This document shows positions 44,845-52,621 of a DNA stretch of 52,621 bases, one piece after another (position 1 is the stretch's first letter; each line of letters opens with the position of its first letter). The stretch comes from a virus (taxonomy: Duplodnaviria > Caudoviricetes), in IMG/VR virus record IMGVR_UViG_3300018405_000026, positions 1-52,621 of that record. The stretch is one strand, 5' to 3'. The notes beneath the pieces were generated by a model. That model worked only from the letters and a program-made list of their open reading frames with translations. It was not told the origin of the DNA and ran no database searches. Both the position numbers and the translations under genes were made by a program.

Positions 44845-45082
44845 GCTTCGAATCTAAGATGTAAACCTTAATGCCGTGTTTCTCCATCTCTCTGTGTTCG
44901 GCCATTTGATCTGGTCTTGGTTTTTCACCGGGTCGTTTCAATTCTACAAAATATACATGGCCATTCATGATGGCGATTCTGTCCGGTACGCCTCTTCTAC
45001 CGGGTGACGTGTATTTTCGTGAAAGGCCACCTGCCTGTTTGATTTGTTGGTTGAAATACTTCTCTATATCTTTCTCTAACAT
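44801..45082 (-). CDS. VRR-NUC domain nuclease
   Basis: MLEKDIE, SPGRRGVPDRI and FVELKRPG..PRP.Q motifs. Confidence 0.93.
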   Translation of the reverse strand: MLEKDIEKYFNQQIKQAGGLSRKYTSPGRRGVPDRIAIMNGHVYFVELKRPGEKPRPDQMAEHREMEKHGIKVYILDSKQAVDEWIGRISDGM

Positions 45083-45119
45083 GGCACCTCTCCTAAAAAT
45101 TATTTTATTTTTATTTTTT

Positions 45120-45360
45120 ACGATGGGTTACAATTTTTTTCAACTCATTGCTTCTTCATAGGGGTTAACATGTTTAAACCTGTTTTTACATGTGTATATT
45201 CTATACCCTAAGAGTCTAATTTAGAAAAAATTGTAACTTTGTAACCCATACCCTTTAAACCCTTACTGTTATTAGCTTTACGGGGGTTACAATTTGGTTA
45301 CAAAGTTACAATTCTTCGAGAAAGGTTACAATTCTTGATTTTTAAAATTGTAACCTTTTT
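45120..45360. other. Putative replication origin with GTTACAA/TTGTAAC iterons
   Basis: About eight direct and inverted copies (near 45127, 45231, 45239, 45286, 45297, 45305, 45325, 45348) in AT-rich non-coding DNA directly downstream of the primase-helicase. Confidence 0.75.
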
Positions 45361-45388
45361 TACCGCTTTTCTATAACAATGTTGAAGT

Positions 45389-47803
45389 CTATAAAAAAAT
45401 ATCACTTTCGCTCTGGAGTCCTTCCCAACACCTTACGGGTTTTCCGTCAATTTTGAACACCTTGTTGACAAAGCCTAATTCGGACATTCTTTGACCAAAA
45501 CTATTACGTGATAAAGGCTTATATCCTGAACTACTGCAATACATTTTGTAGTCATCGTATGCAACTTTAACGGGCGTGCTCAAATCTTTTCCAACTTTAC
45601 ATTCTTCATCAATAAACATGGCCACCACATCGTTACCTTGTTCCCATTTAACGACGTCGTCTTTCATGGTTTTCGATTCACTGAACTCGCCGTTTTTAAG
45701 TAGACGTCTTAATCCTTTCATCGCTTCATTAAAGATCCCCGCCAACTCCCCCTGAATAACTTCCAAAGGATACAGATCTTTCACTTCGTTCGTTAGCACT
45801 TTGTCCATTGTTAGAATCATCATACGGCGTTTAAGTCCGCCGCTAAAGTCACGCATAGGAGGTAATTCGTTCATTGCAAACGTTAATTTCGCATAGTTAT
45901 AAAAAGTGATGGGTTCTTTGTTCTTGCGGTCTGCATAAATCGCATCTTCACCCGTTAGCATTTTAAGCGTAGCGCCGTCTGCTAAATATTGGGGCTTCGC
46001 ATCTGTGTCAAAGTTAGCAACCTTACGGTACAAACCAATTTTTGCGAATCGCTCAGTCATCAAGTACTGCAGCGTAACAGCTGAATAATTATCTGAACCA
46101 ATCATCTCGCGTAATAAGTTAATCAACGTCGATTTACCCGTTCCACCTTTACCGTGTATGAACAGCATCTTCTGCACGTCGTAGCTTCGGTAAAAGTTAT
46201 AACCGAACCACTCAAAGATGAACGGTAACATTTCCTCGCCAAGCACCTCTGTGATAAAACCTTTAAACACCGGACAGTCTGCATCAGTGTCAAACTCAAT
46301 GGGGTGTGACGCTCTCGCATGTAAATCAGGATCGAACGTCGTGCTAAACTTATCCCGTTTCATATCATATACACCGTTTTTCAACACAATTTTTGTTAAA
46401 TCGCCATCTTCGAACACAGATTCGCTAAATGTTTGTGCCTTAATGCTGGCAATCGTCTCACTTAACAGTCGAATTTTAGTTTCGGCCGCTAACTTTTTCA
46501 CGGCGATATAGGATTTCAGAAACTCCTCAGAATCAGCAGTCCAGATACCTGTCTGCGCATTATAGCGCAGTAACTCAAAGCCGTCATAAAACAAAGGTAT
46601 CTCCTTAGTAATTTGTTTCGCTAACAGAAACGTGTTGATATCAGGCCCTTGTTTAGTGATTTGGATCCAACTACGGTCATCTTCAACGTTTACGGAATCC
46701 GCTTGTTCATCATCTTCTTCTACACCAAATTCTGCGAAAGCTTCTTGAGCCATTAGGGAGTTCACATCTTCTAATTCGATAACAAAAGCGTGCATCTCCT
46801 TAAATGAAGGTCTTTTAGAGGTAGGTGTCGTCGATTTAACATTATCATCTAGTTCGCCAAATTTGTGAATCCTTACCAGGTCGAACGCGTTAACCAGCAT
46901 GTCCCCAACAGGGTCCGTACCGTGGTGAGAATAGGCAAATTTATCATCATAAATGACTAATCCCCCTGAAGTCGAACCTTCCATATAGGTGTATCGATCT
47001 GGATGACGTGTCTCAGAATAAACGCCTTCCAAGAATGTTTCAATGGCTTCTTTAATCGAATACACACGGTTAAATGCGCCAATCGCACCAGGCTTATCTA
47101 GCGGATCTCCTTGTTTCTTCGCAGCTCTCGCACGGATATTATGGCCTCTTGATGATTCTGGCCAATAACTGCTGTCCGACCAATCTGGGTATTCAGCGAG
47201 TATTTCATCAGGATTACACCACTTGTCATCTTGATAATCGAATAGGTAATCACCATCAAACGAATGACTCGGCCAATACATTAACCGCTCTGCTTGATAG
47301 GTCGTATCGTCAAAGTAATCCATTCCGAACTTGCTGGCTATTTTACGCGCTAAAGGCTCATACTCGTCAACAGTCACAGGTCTAGTTAACGGAATAATAA
47401 ATCGATAACGAGGATGACTACTTGTGTGACTGTGCGTCGTATAAACTGCAATAGCGAACGTGGATAGCAGTTGAATATCATCCCATAAATCCTTATGGCC
47501 ACTATCCGCGTCTAGCGTGACAATACTTCTCGATTGAACATGGTCGGCTTTACGGCGCCCCTGTTTTAGAAAGCCACCAACATATCCGCCGACGTCTTTA
47601 ATACCATCTCGCTTGTCTTTTGGCAGTTTGGCATACTCTGCAGCACTTTCCTGCGTAACGGTCGGACGCTGCAAGCGGTCAAGAAAAGCAGACCAAGCCA
47701 TTGTTTTGTTTTTCCATTTTGTGTCATGTCGACTCGTCCCGGTTGATAAATTAATCTCGCGGTCCACTTTTAAATCTAGCACCATTTTTTCTTGTTGCTT
47801 CAC
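45389..47803 (-). CDS. Primase-helicase (N-terminal primase-like domain, P4/D5-family SF3 helicase)
   Basis: TLDAD, YTTHSH...PRYR and RLMYWPS; helicase GKGGTGKST, KMLTGED and FAMNELP. Confidence 0.92.
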   Translation of the reverse strand: MKQQEKMVLDLKVDREINLSTGTSRHDTKWKNKTMAWSAFLDRLQRPTVTQESAAEYAKLPKDKRDGIKDVGGYVGGFLKQGRRKADHVQSRSIVTLDADSGHKDLWDDIQLLSTFAIAVYTTHSHTSSHPRYRFIIPLTRPVTVDEYEPLARKIASKFGMDYFDDTTYQAERLMYWPSHSFDGDYLFDYQDDKWCNPDEILAEYPDWSDSSYWPESSRGHNIRARAAKKQGDPLDKPGAIGAFNRVYSIKEAIETFLEGVYSETRHPDRYTYMEGSTSGGLVIYDDKFAYSHHGTDPVGDMLVNAFDLVRIHKFGELDDNVKSTTPTSKRPSFKEMHAFVIELEDVNSLMAQEAFAEFGVEEDDEQADSVNVEDDRSWIQITKQGPDINTFLLAKQITKEIPLFYDGFELLRYNAQTGIWTADSEEFLKSYIAVKKLAAETKIRLLSETIASIKAQTFSESVFEDGDLTKIVLKNGVYDMKRDKFSTTFDPDLHARASHPIEFDTDADCPVFKGFITEVLGEEMLPFIFEWFGYNFYRSYDVQKMLFIHGKGGTGKSTLINLLREMIGSDNYSAVTLQYLMTERFAKIGLYRKVANFDTDAKPQYLADGATLKMLTGEDAIYADRKNKEPITFYNYAKLTFAMNELPPMRDFSGGLKRRMMILTMDKVLTNEVKDLYPLEVIQGELAGIFNEAMKGLRRLLKNGEFSESKTMKDDVVKWEQGNDVVAMFIDEECKVGKDLSTPVKVAYDDYKMYCSSSGYKPLSRNSFGQRMSELGFVNKVFKIDGKPVRCWEGLQSESDIFL

Positions 47804-47833
47804 ATCCTCGCCACCTCTACATTTCTAATCTAA

Positions 47834-48097
47834 TCACGGCTGACACAACGCTTTCAGCTCTTGAATTTTATCTTTCAATAACGTCACATAGTCCTTTAGC
47901 GTCAACGTCTCATGTTCCTCTAATAGCTGCTGACGAGCTAAGAACACTAACGCCTGTTCAATCGTCCGGAAATAGCCTAGTACTTTCTGCTTCTCTTTCG
48001 CTTGACCGAACTCATCTTCAATCGCATAAACGTGAATCAGCGTCAGATTGTACTTGTCAGCTTTAATGAAGTACTGATCGTTTATCTCAATGGTCAT
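47834..48097 (-). CDS. Hypothetical phage protein
   Basis: IEINDQY.IKAD.YN..L...LGYFRTIEQAL pattern. Confidence 0.75.
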   Translation of the reverse strand: MTIEINDQYFIKADKYNLTLIHVYAIEDEFGQAKEKQKVLGYFRTIEQALVFLARQQLLEEHETLTLKDYVTLLKDKIQELKALCQP

Positions 48098-48389
48098 TTT
48101 GATTCCCCCATTCAAATTTCAAACCCAATTCACCATGCAATACTTTCTCAATATCTTTTAAACTAAAATAGCCTGCGTTATAAGCCTCCATCATCTCGGC
48201 GTAATAATCCAAATAACGCTCAATTCGCACTTTACCGAATCCGAATTTATCTCGTAGTATTAGCAGCGGAAATAAATTAATAATCTCAGCAGCATTGTCT
48301 GTCGCTTTTTGCTTCATCTTCTCGACTTCTTTAGTCGTCAACGTGACAGGCTTTGACAACAATTGACGCTTTAACTTTTTACGGTTCAT
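48087..48389 (-). CDS. Hypothetical phage protein
   Basis: LRDKFGFGKVRI..Y motif, AGGAGG RBS. Confidence 0.8.
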   Translation of the reverse strand: MNRKKLKRQLLSKPVTLTTKEVEKMKQKATDNAAEIINLFPLLILRDKFGFGKVRIERYLDYYAEMMEAYNAGYFSLKDIEKVLHGELGLKFEWGNQNDH

Positions 48390-48445
48390 CTTCTTTGCCT
48401 CCTGCTTCCTAAATCCAATCTAAGGCGAACATAAGCTCTTACCTC

Positions 48446-48880
48446 CTAAACGCCTGTCGAGCCGAAACCATTTGACCCTCGATCTGAATTAGATAAATCA
48501 CTCACTTCTACTACTTCGAATTTAGGCAATGGCTGAATAATCAGCTGCGCGATACGTTCACCTTTCGCGACCATATAACCGACATCCGATAATTCAGTGT
48601 CAAGCGAATCGCAGATGACTTTAATCTCACCGCGATAATTGGAATCAATCGTGCCTTCTTGAACCCTTAATAATGTTTTACTGGTTAAACCACTTCGACC
48701 TTTCAATCTCCCGTAATAGCCTTCTGGTATTTCTATTGCGATACCTGTCGAGATTAAGCGAGTTGAACCGCTAGGAATAATCTCGGAAATATCTGCATAA
48801 ATATCAAAGCCCGCATCGCTAGGATGCGCTTTGGTTGGCAACTTCGCCGACGCCGTTAACCTTTTCACTTTTAATTGCAT
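48446..48880 (-). CDS. dut: Trimeric dUTPase
   Basis: DAGFD, RSG, GTIDSNYRGE, RIAQLI and RGSNGFGSTG motifs I-V. Confidence 0.96.
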   Translation of the reverse strand: MQLKVKRLTASAKLPTKAHPSDAGFDIYADISEIIPSGSTRLISTGIAIEIPEGYYGRLKGRSGLTSKTLLRVQEGTIDSNYRGEIKVICDSLDTELSDVGYMVAKGERIAQLIIQPLPKFEVVEVSDLSNSDRGSNGFGSTGV

Positions 48881-48892
48881 TTAAGTGCCTCC

Positions 48893-49645
48893 TCATAAAT
48901 CAATTTTCAACTGTTCTTCCCATATCGAAACACGGCCTTCTAAATAATGCGCACTACCGTTGACTGCTTCAGCGATTTCTTGAAAACTCCTACCTTCAGC
49001 GCGCATTTCGACTGCCAGCTGAATTTCAGCTTCTGTATACTTTCGCTTTTTATCGACATATTTAGGACTGTGCGGAATCTTTAAATCGTATAACTTCCGC
49101 CTTATGGCCGCTTCGCTGCGATTCAAGCGAACCGCCATTTCAGATAACGTGTGTGAATATCGACCCACTAACCATTTCAGTTCCGCAATCTCACCGTCCG
49201 TCCAAGGTTTAGAATGGTTAAACTGTCGCAGCGGCATAGCCCTTAACTCGTCCACCCAATCAGGCTCCACACCGAACGCGCGGTGCGGAACTTTACTCCA
49301 ATTGACGCGGCGTTTGTTAACCTCCGCCCACCCCCAAAATTCAACTGGATCTATCATGCGATACTTCCCAATTTTCTTCGAAGGAAAATCCAGATTACGG
49401 TGCCAATATTCGACAGTGGCACGTGGCACATTCAGCGCTTCACAAAAGTCCGTTGTCGTCATAAGCTCCGACGAATCTTTGGATGTTAATCCTAAGCGAT
49501 TGATTTTATTCTGAATCGAACCTTCAGACCGTTTTAAATATCTAGCCATGTGCTTGACCGATCGAAGACCCACCCATCTTGCCAAATAATCTATTTCCTT
49601 TTCCGTCCAAATCTTGGCCAATTCAAGTTGCCTCCTTAAACCCAC
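48893..49645 (-). CDS. Multi-HTH / Myb-like repeat DNA-binding protein
   Basis: Repeated (W/Y)T..EI..L.....MA..L.RS..I units plus a central excisionase-like HTH. Confidence 0.7.
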   Translation of the reverse strand: MGLRRQLELAKIWTEKEIDYLARWVGLRSVKHMARYLKRSEGSIQNKINRLGLTSKDSSELMTTTDFCEALNVPRATVEYWHRNLDFPSKKIGKYRMIDPVEFWGWAEVNKRRVNWSKVPHRAFGVEPDWVDELRAMPLRQFNHSKPWTDGEIAELKWLVGRYSHTLSEMAVRLNRSEAAIRRKLYDLKIPHSPKYVDKKRKYTEAEIQLAVEMRAEGRSFQEIAEAVNGSAHYLEGRVSIWEEQLKIDL

Positions 49646-50232
49646 TTATGTATATTCATAAATTCCATCAACTTGTCACTTTTCTGCATTACATGAACTT
49701 CGCTAAAACCTTCATATTGATTGCTAAGGCTACGAATGAAGTACACGTTTTTAAATTCGCGCGTCAAACTGTCACCGTGTAATATAGCGCCGTTCATACC
49801 TCGAATCGCCATATTAAAAATTAGGAAAGGCAAGCTTCGGTCAGATAACTCTTCCACTTGGTACCAATAATTCCGAGGATTGTACATCCAGAAATTCTCG
49901 CAGTTTAAACGATGTTCATGCCACGCCTGAATCATAATACCGCCATTACCTGCAGCAATTTCATAATAGGTGCGATTGTCACTAACCAATCTCGCCATCA
50001 ACTCACTAAGTGATGGCGGAGTAAAATCTTGTTTTTTATTTTTACGGTCAGCATGTTCATTTTCAAATGCCTCCTGGAACCATTCATAACTCATATCTGT
50101 TTCCAGTTCCAGAAATTTATGAAATGTTTCAACTCTTTTCTTCTCATCAAGCATTAGGCTGAGCAATTTAGCAGGTTGCTTGTAAGTATCATCTACGCCT
50201 AAAATGCCATTAATTTGTTCGCTTGTAAGCAT
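49636..50232 (-). CDS. Truncated N6-adenine DNA methyltransferase-like protein (HsdM-like, SAM-binding half)
   Basis: QDFTP, YEIAAGNGG (motif I) and HGDSL are present. No NPP(Y/F) motif before the stop. Confidence 0.8.
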   Translation of the reverse strand: MLTSEQINGILGVDDTYKQPAKLLSLMLDEKKRVETFHKFLELETDMSYEWFQEAFENEHADRKNKKQDFTPPSLSELMARLVSDNRTYYEIAAGNGGIMIQAWHEHRLNCENFWMYNPRNYWYQVEELSDRSLPFLIFNMAIRGMNGAILHGDSLTREFKNVYFIRSLSNQYEGFSEVHVMQKSDKLMEFMNIHKWV

Positions 50233-52046
50233 TACAGACCTCCTAGCGCATCTTGCAATATTTTGTCATCTTTACGTTCTAACTCTTCAGTGATATGCGA
50301 ATAGACTTTCTGCGTCGTCGCTAAATTGGAATGGCCTAACCGCTTAGAGATACTAATCATTGACACGCCTTTCGCTAATAACACACTCGCATGAGTATGT
50401 CGCAGGGAGTGAGTCGATATCACTTTAATATTTGCCTTTTTACAGCATTTCGCAAGGTAATCATTAATAGTCGGATTTAAGATGTGAGATAAATGTGTCA
50501 ACCAAATTGGCCGTTCCGTCTGCATATCTTTGGTGATAGTCTTAAACAGCTGCATGGTCTGTGGATCTAAACTAACGGTCCTTATCGACGATTTGTTCTT
50601 CGTTTTAGCAAAGCCTCCACCGGCAAGATTTTTATAATCCCACGTTTTATTAATTGAAATTACATTTGATTCGAAATTAAAATCAGACACCGTTAATCCT
50701 AGCGTTTCGCCAAATCTGAAGCCCGTTTTAGCAGTTAAATAAATGAACCAGCTACACACAGTGTTGAGATTTGAGAAGTCACTTCCGTAATCTAAAACTT
50801 TTAGTAGTTCTGTTAACTCTCTTTCGGATATAAATTTCGATTTTTTACGACCATGAGAATTACCAGAAATGACAGCTTTGTAAGTTGGATTTTTCGCAAT
50901 CAACCCTTCATATACCGCATCATTAATCGAAGCTTTAAGCACGTTATGGTAATCGCGTGCAGTCTGAATATGGTAGACCGTGCCCATCTCTGTCAGCATA
51001 TCTTGGTACACTGTACGCGTTAAATCCTTTATCTTTAAATCACCCAACAATCGCACTAAATTACCGTAGGCTGCTTGATAAGCTTGAACTGAAACATCTC
51101 GGATAATACCAACTTTGTATTTATGCACCCACCAACGGAAATAATCAGCGAACTTGGTTTCTTTCGTAATCTCTATATCAATCGGCCCCCATTCCGGACG
51201 ATCATAATAACCTGTCAGCAATCTAATTTTAGTATCATCTGACATTTTACGTTCGGCATGCTTCACGTTGATATCGTTAGCTCGACATACATAGTAGACA
51301 TATTCGGTATTGAATCCTGTAAGTTCTGCTATCTCAGCTGCGTCCTTACCTTCTGCCGCCCATTGACGTAATTCACCAACTCGGTGCGTTAACTTAATTC
51401 TTTTGACGCCATTTACAACACGGTATTTACTATCTTGGCCAAAGCGGTCGCTTTTAATTCCTTCTTTTCGGCAGTAACCTCTAACATAACCTGTGGAATA
51501 TCCAAACTTTTCAGCAATCTCCTTTAAACTAGAACCATCTTCAACCATCTTGGTAATTTCAACACGCTTTAAATGAATACCTCTTGGTTTAAAAGTAAGA
51601 TCGTGCTGTTTGCAATAACCCCGAATGCGCGACTCCTCATAGCCTAGTTCTTCAGCTATTTCCACGGCAGATAGGCCTTTATCAATCAACTGCTTTAATT
51701 CTGCATCTTTCTCGGCTAAACCTCGAACATCTTTAGGTATTTCAAAACCGCCTTCTTTTGCCCATCTGACAACGGTTTGTACAGTAACATCGAATTTTCC
51801 AGCAATTTCGGCGCGCGTCAGCGTCTTAGCGAACTCTTTAATTAATTCGTTACGCTCTTCAACGGATCCGTATTGAATGCTATTCTTTTTACCCGGCTGA
51901 ATTTTCAGCGCTAAACCGTAACGCTTTAATAACCTGTACATTTGTGTTTGACTGATATTAAAATGTTGACAAATTTCAAATCGATCCATCGTTTCAATCT
52001 TCTCTGTCAACTCCTCACGAATAGAATTTGACAATTTACATTCCAT
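50232..52046 (-). CDS. Tyrosine recombinase with five tandem N-terminal HTH units
   Basis: C-terminal FADYF..W core-binding domain, TGFRFGE, KTK, HSLRHTHAS, LGHS and VYSH. Five N-terminal EI(A/C)..(F/L)G-type helix-turn-helix repeats. Confidence 0.9.
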   Translation of the reverse strand: MECKLSNSIREELTEKIETMDRFEICQHFNISQTQMYRLLKRYGLALKIQPGKKNSIQYGSVEERNELIKEFAKTLTRAEIAGKFDVTVQTVVRWAKEGGFEIPKDVRGLAEKDAELKQLIDKGLSAVEIAEELGYEESRIRGYCKQHDLTFKPRGIHLKRVEITKMVEDGSSLKEIAEKFGYSTGYVRGYCRKEGIKSDRFGQDSKYRVVNGVKRIKLTHRVGELRQWAAEGKDAAEIAELTGFNTEYVYYVCRANDINVKHAERKMSDDTKIRLLTGYYDRPEWGPIDIEITKETKFADYFRWWVHKYKVGIIRDVSVQAYQAAYGNLVRLLGDLKIKDLTRTVYQDMLTEMGTVYHIQTARDYHNVLKASINDAVYEGLIAKNPTYKAVISGNSHGRKKSKFISERELTELLKVLDYGSDFSNLNTVCSWFIYLTAKTGFRFGETLGLTVSDFNFESNVISINKTWDYKNLAGGGFAKTKNKSSIRTVSLDPQTMQLFKTITKDMQTERPIWLTHLSHILNPTINDYLAKCCKKANIKVISTHSLRHTHASVLLAKGVSMISISKRLGHSNLATTQKVYSHITEELERKDDKILQDALGGL

Positions 52047-52079
52047 CGCTAATACGTCCTATCCATTCATCTACCGCCT
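52032..52079. repeat. 48-bp direct repeat, copy 2 (DUF3310-like stop / recombinase start)
   Basis: Both upstream proteins end AVDEWIGRISDGM and both downstream proteins begin MECKL. Confidence 0.92.
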
Positions 52080-52302
52080 CTTTCAAATGACGAATTTCAT
52101 ATTTCTCTAAGCGATTCAACACTTCAATACCTTTTTGTAGGTCAATCAGACCATTCTTTGCATGGTATCGGCGAATATAGCGTTCAGCTACACAGCGCAT
52201 GACATCTCGAAAGACTTCAAACGGCAGCCGTTGATACCACTCTTCAAATAGGTCTTCACCTAATGCATTTAAATAGTGCATTGGATTAATTTCATTCCGC
52301 AT
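52036..52302 (-). CDS. DUF3310-like protein
   Basis: INP.HY...RYI.RY..KNG..DL.K....L.RL pattern. Confidence 0.75.
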   Translation of the reverse strand: MRNEINPMHYLNALGEDLFEEWYQRLPFEVFRDVMRCVAERYIRRYHAKNGLIDLQKGIEVLNRLEKYEIRHLKEAVDEWIGRISDGM

Positions 52303-52303
52303 C

Positions 52304-52495
52304 CTACCAACCCATCCTCTCAATCAAATTTTTATAAACTAAAATCTCCTCTTGGATCAAACGCTTTTGATTTACCAGCGTTGTAACTACGTACGGATAC
52401 TTAGGAGAGCAGAAGAAGATTGCCCCGTCTAACTCTTTAATATTGAGCTGCGCACGTCTCAGACGGCTTAACGTATCAGTTTTATTCGTTTTCAT
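52304..52495 (-). CDS. Hypothetical protein
   Basis: 63 aa with GGAGGTGG RBS. Confidence 0.65.
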   Translation of the reverse strand: MKTNKTDTLSRLRRAQLNIKELDGAIFFCSPKYPYVVTTLVNQKRLIQEEILVYKNLIERMGW

Positions 52496-52621
52496 TCTGC
52501 CACCTCCAGTAACTGTTCTTTCAAAATTCTTCTTGATAACGTTCCAGTAGTACTAATATGCAACCTTGAAATTCCGTTGTTTTTCCCCAAAACCGCATTA
52601 GCATAATCGTGCAAATCATCA
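52492..52621 (-). CDS. 3' part of a hypothetical protein entering from the window end
   Basis: Open frame DDLHDYANAVLGKN...KEQLLEVAE ending in an ATGA overlap. Confidence 0.55.
   Translation of the reverse strand, partial: DDLHDYANAVLGKNNGISRLHISTTGTLSRRILKEQLLEVAE

Larger units (their letters stand above)
1..52621. mobile_element. Temperate contractile-tailed phage genome, circularly permuted and non-integrated form
   Basis: Complete set of lysogeny, replication, packaging, head, contractile tail and lysis modules. No host housekeeping genes. The replication operon is split between the two window ends, and integrase and lysin converge on an attP-like region. Confidence 0.93.

Noticed and set aside
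155-49782. Many opposite-strand or out-of-frame ORFs in the track (e.g. 155-457, 5189-5539, 11422-11793, 13425-13763, 21971-22351, 36841-37236, 42814-43062, 49104-49514)
   Set aside because: They are shadows of well-supported genes or overlap regulatory DNA, with no RBS or recognisable motifs.
1-52621. A second DGR variable region elsewhere in the genome
   Set aside because: No other protein shows a VR-like motif and I saw no third copy by eye. A BLASTN of the TR against the window would settle it.
43447-52621. A second independent prophage suggested by the second integrase
   Set aside because: There is no second repressor, att region or structural set. These genes complete the replication operon that starts at cro.

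Overview
The window looks like an essentially complete, circularly permuted ~52.6-kb genome of a temperate phage of a low-GC Firmicute (host inferred as Bacilli-like). It has an SPP1-like head and a PBSX/xkd-type contractile tail. No host genes are visible, and the integrase faces the lysin across an intact attP-like region. The minus-strand lytic operon runs cro, antirepressor, beta-clamp-like, Cas4-like exonuclease, SSB, family A DNA polymerase and YopX. It then apparently wraps round the window ends to a second recombinase, MTase fragment, dUTPase, primase-helicase, origin, VRR-NUC, SNF2 helicase, late activator, terminase, head, tail and lysis genes. The plus strand carries cI, a membrane protein, the integrase and a two-gene moron. 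The best-supported highlight is a diversity-generating retroelement aimed at the tail-fibre tip: VR 19158-19283, TR 18949-19074 and RT 17757-18815, with 20 mismatches in 126 nt, all at TR adenines. It has no recognisable avd gene and no canonical G/C-IMH hairpin, and its TR is enclosed by a perfect 14-bp inverted repeat. The most unexplained structure is a second tyrosine recombinase with five tandem N-terminal HTH units. Its start codon lies inside one copy of a 48-bp direct repeat bracketing a 7.2-kb block that holds the primase-helicase and origin. Other points are a baseplate protein fused to four cell-wall hydrolase domains, internal translation starts in the endolysin and the moron protein, a -1 frameshift in the tail chaperone, and several structured or antisense RNA candidates. 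Family names come from motif recognition by eye, not from database searches.
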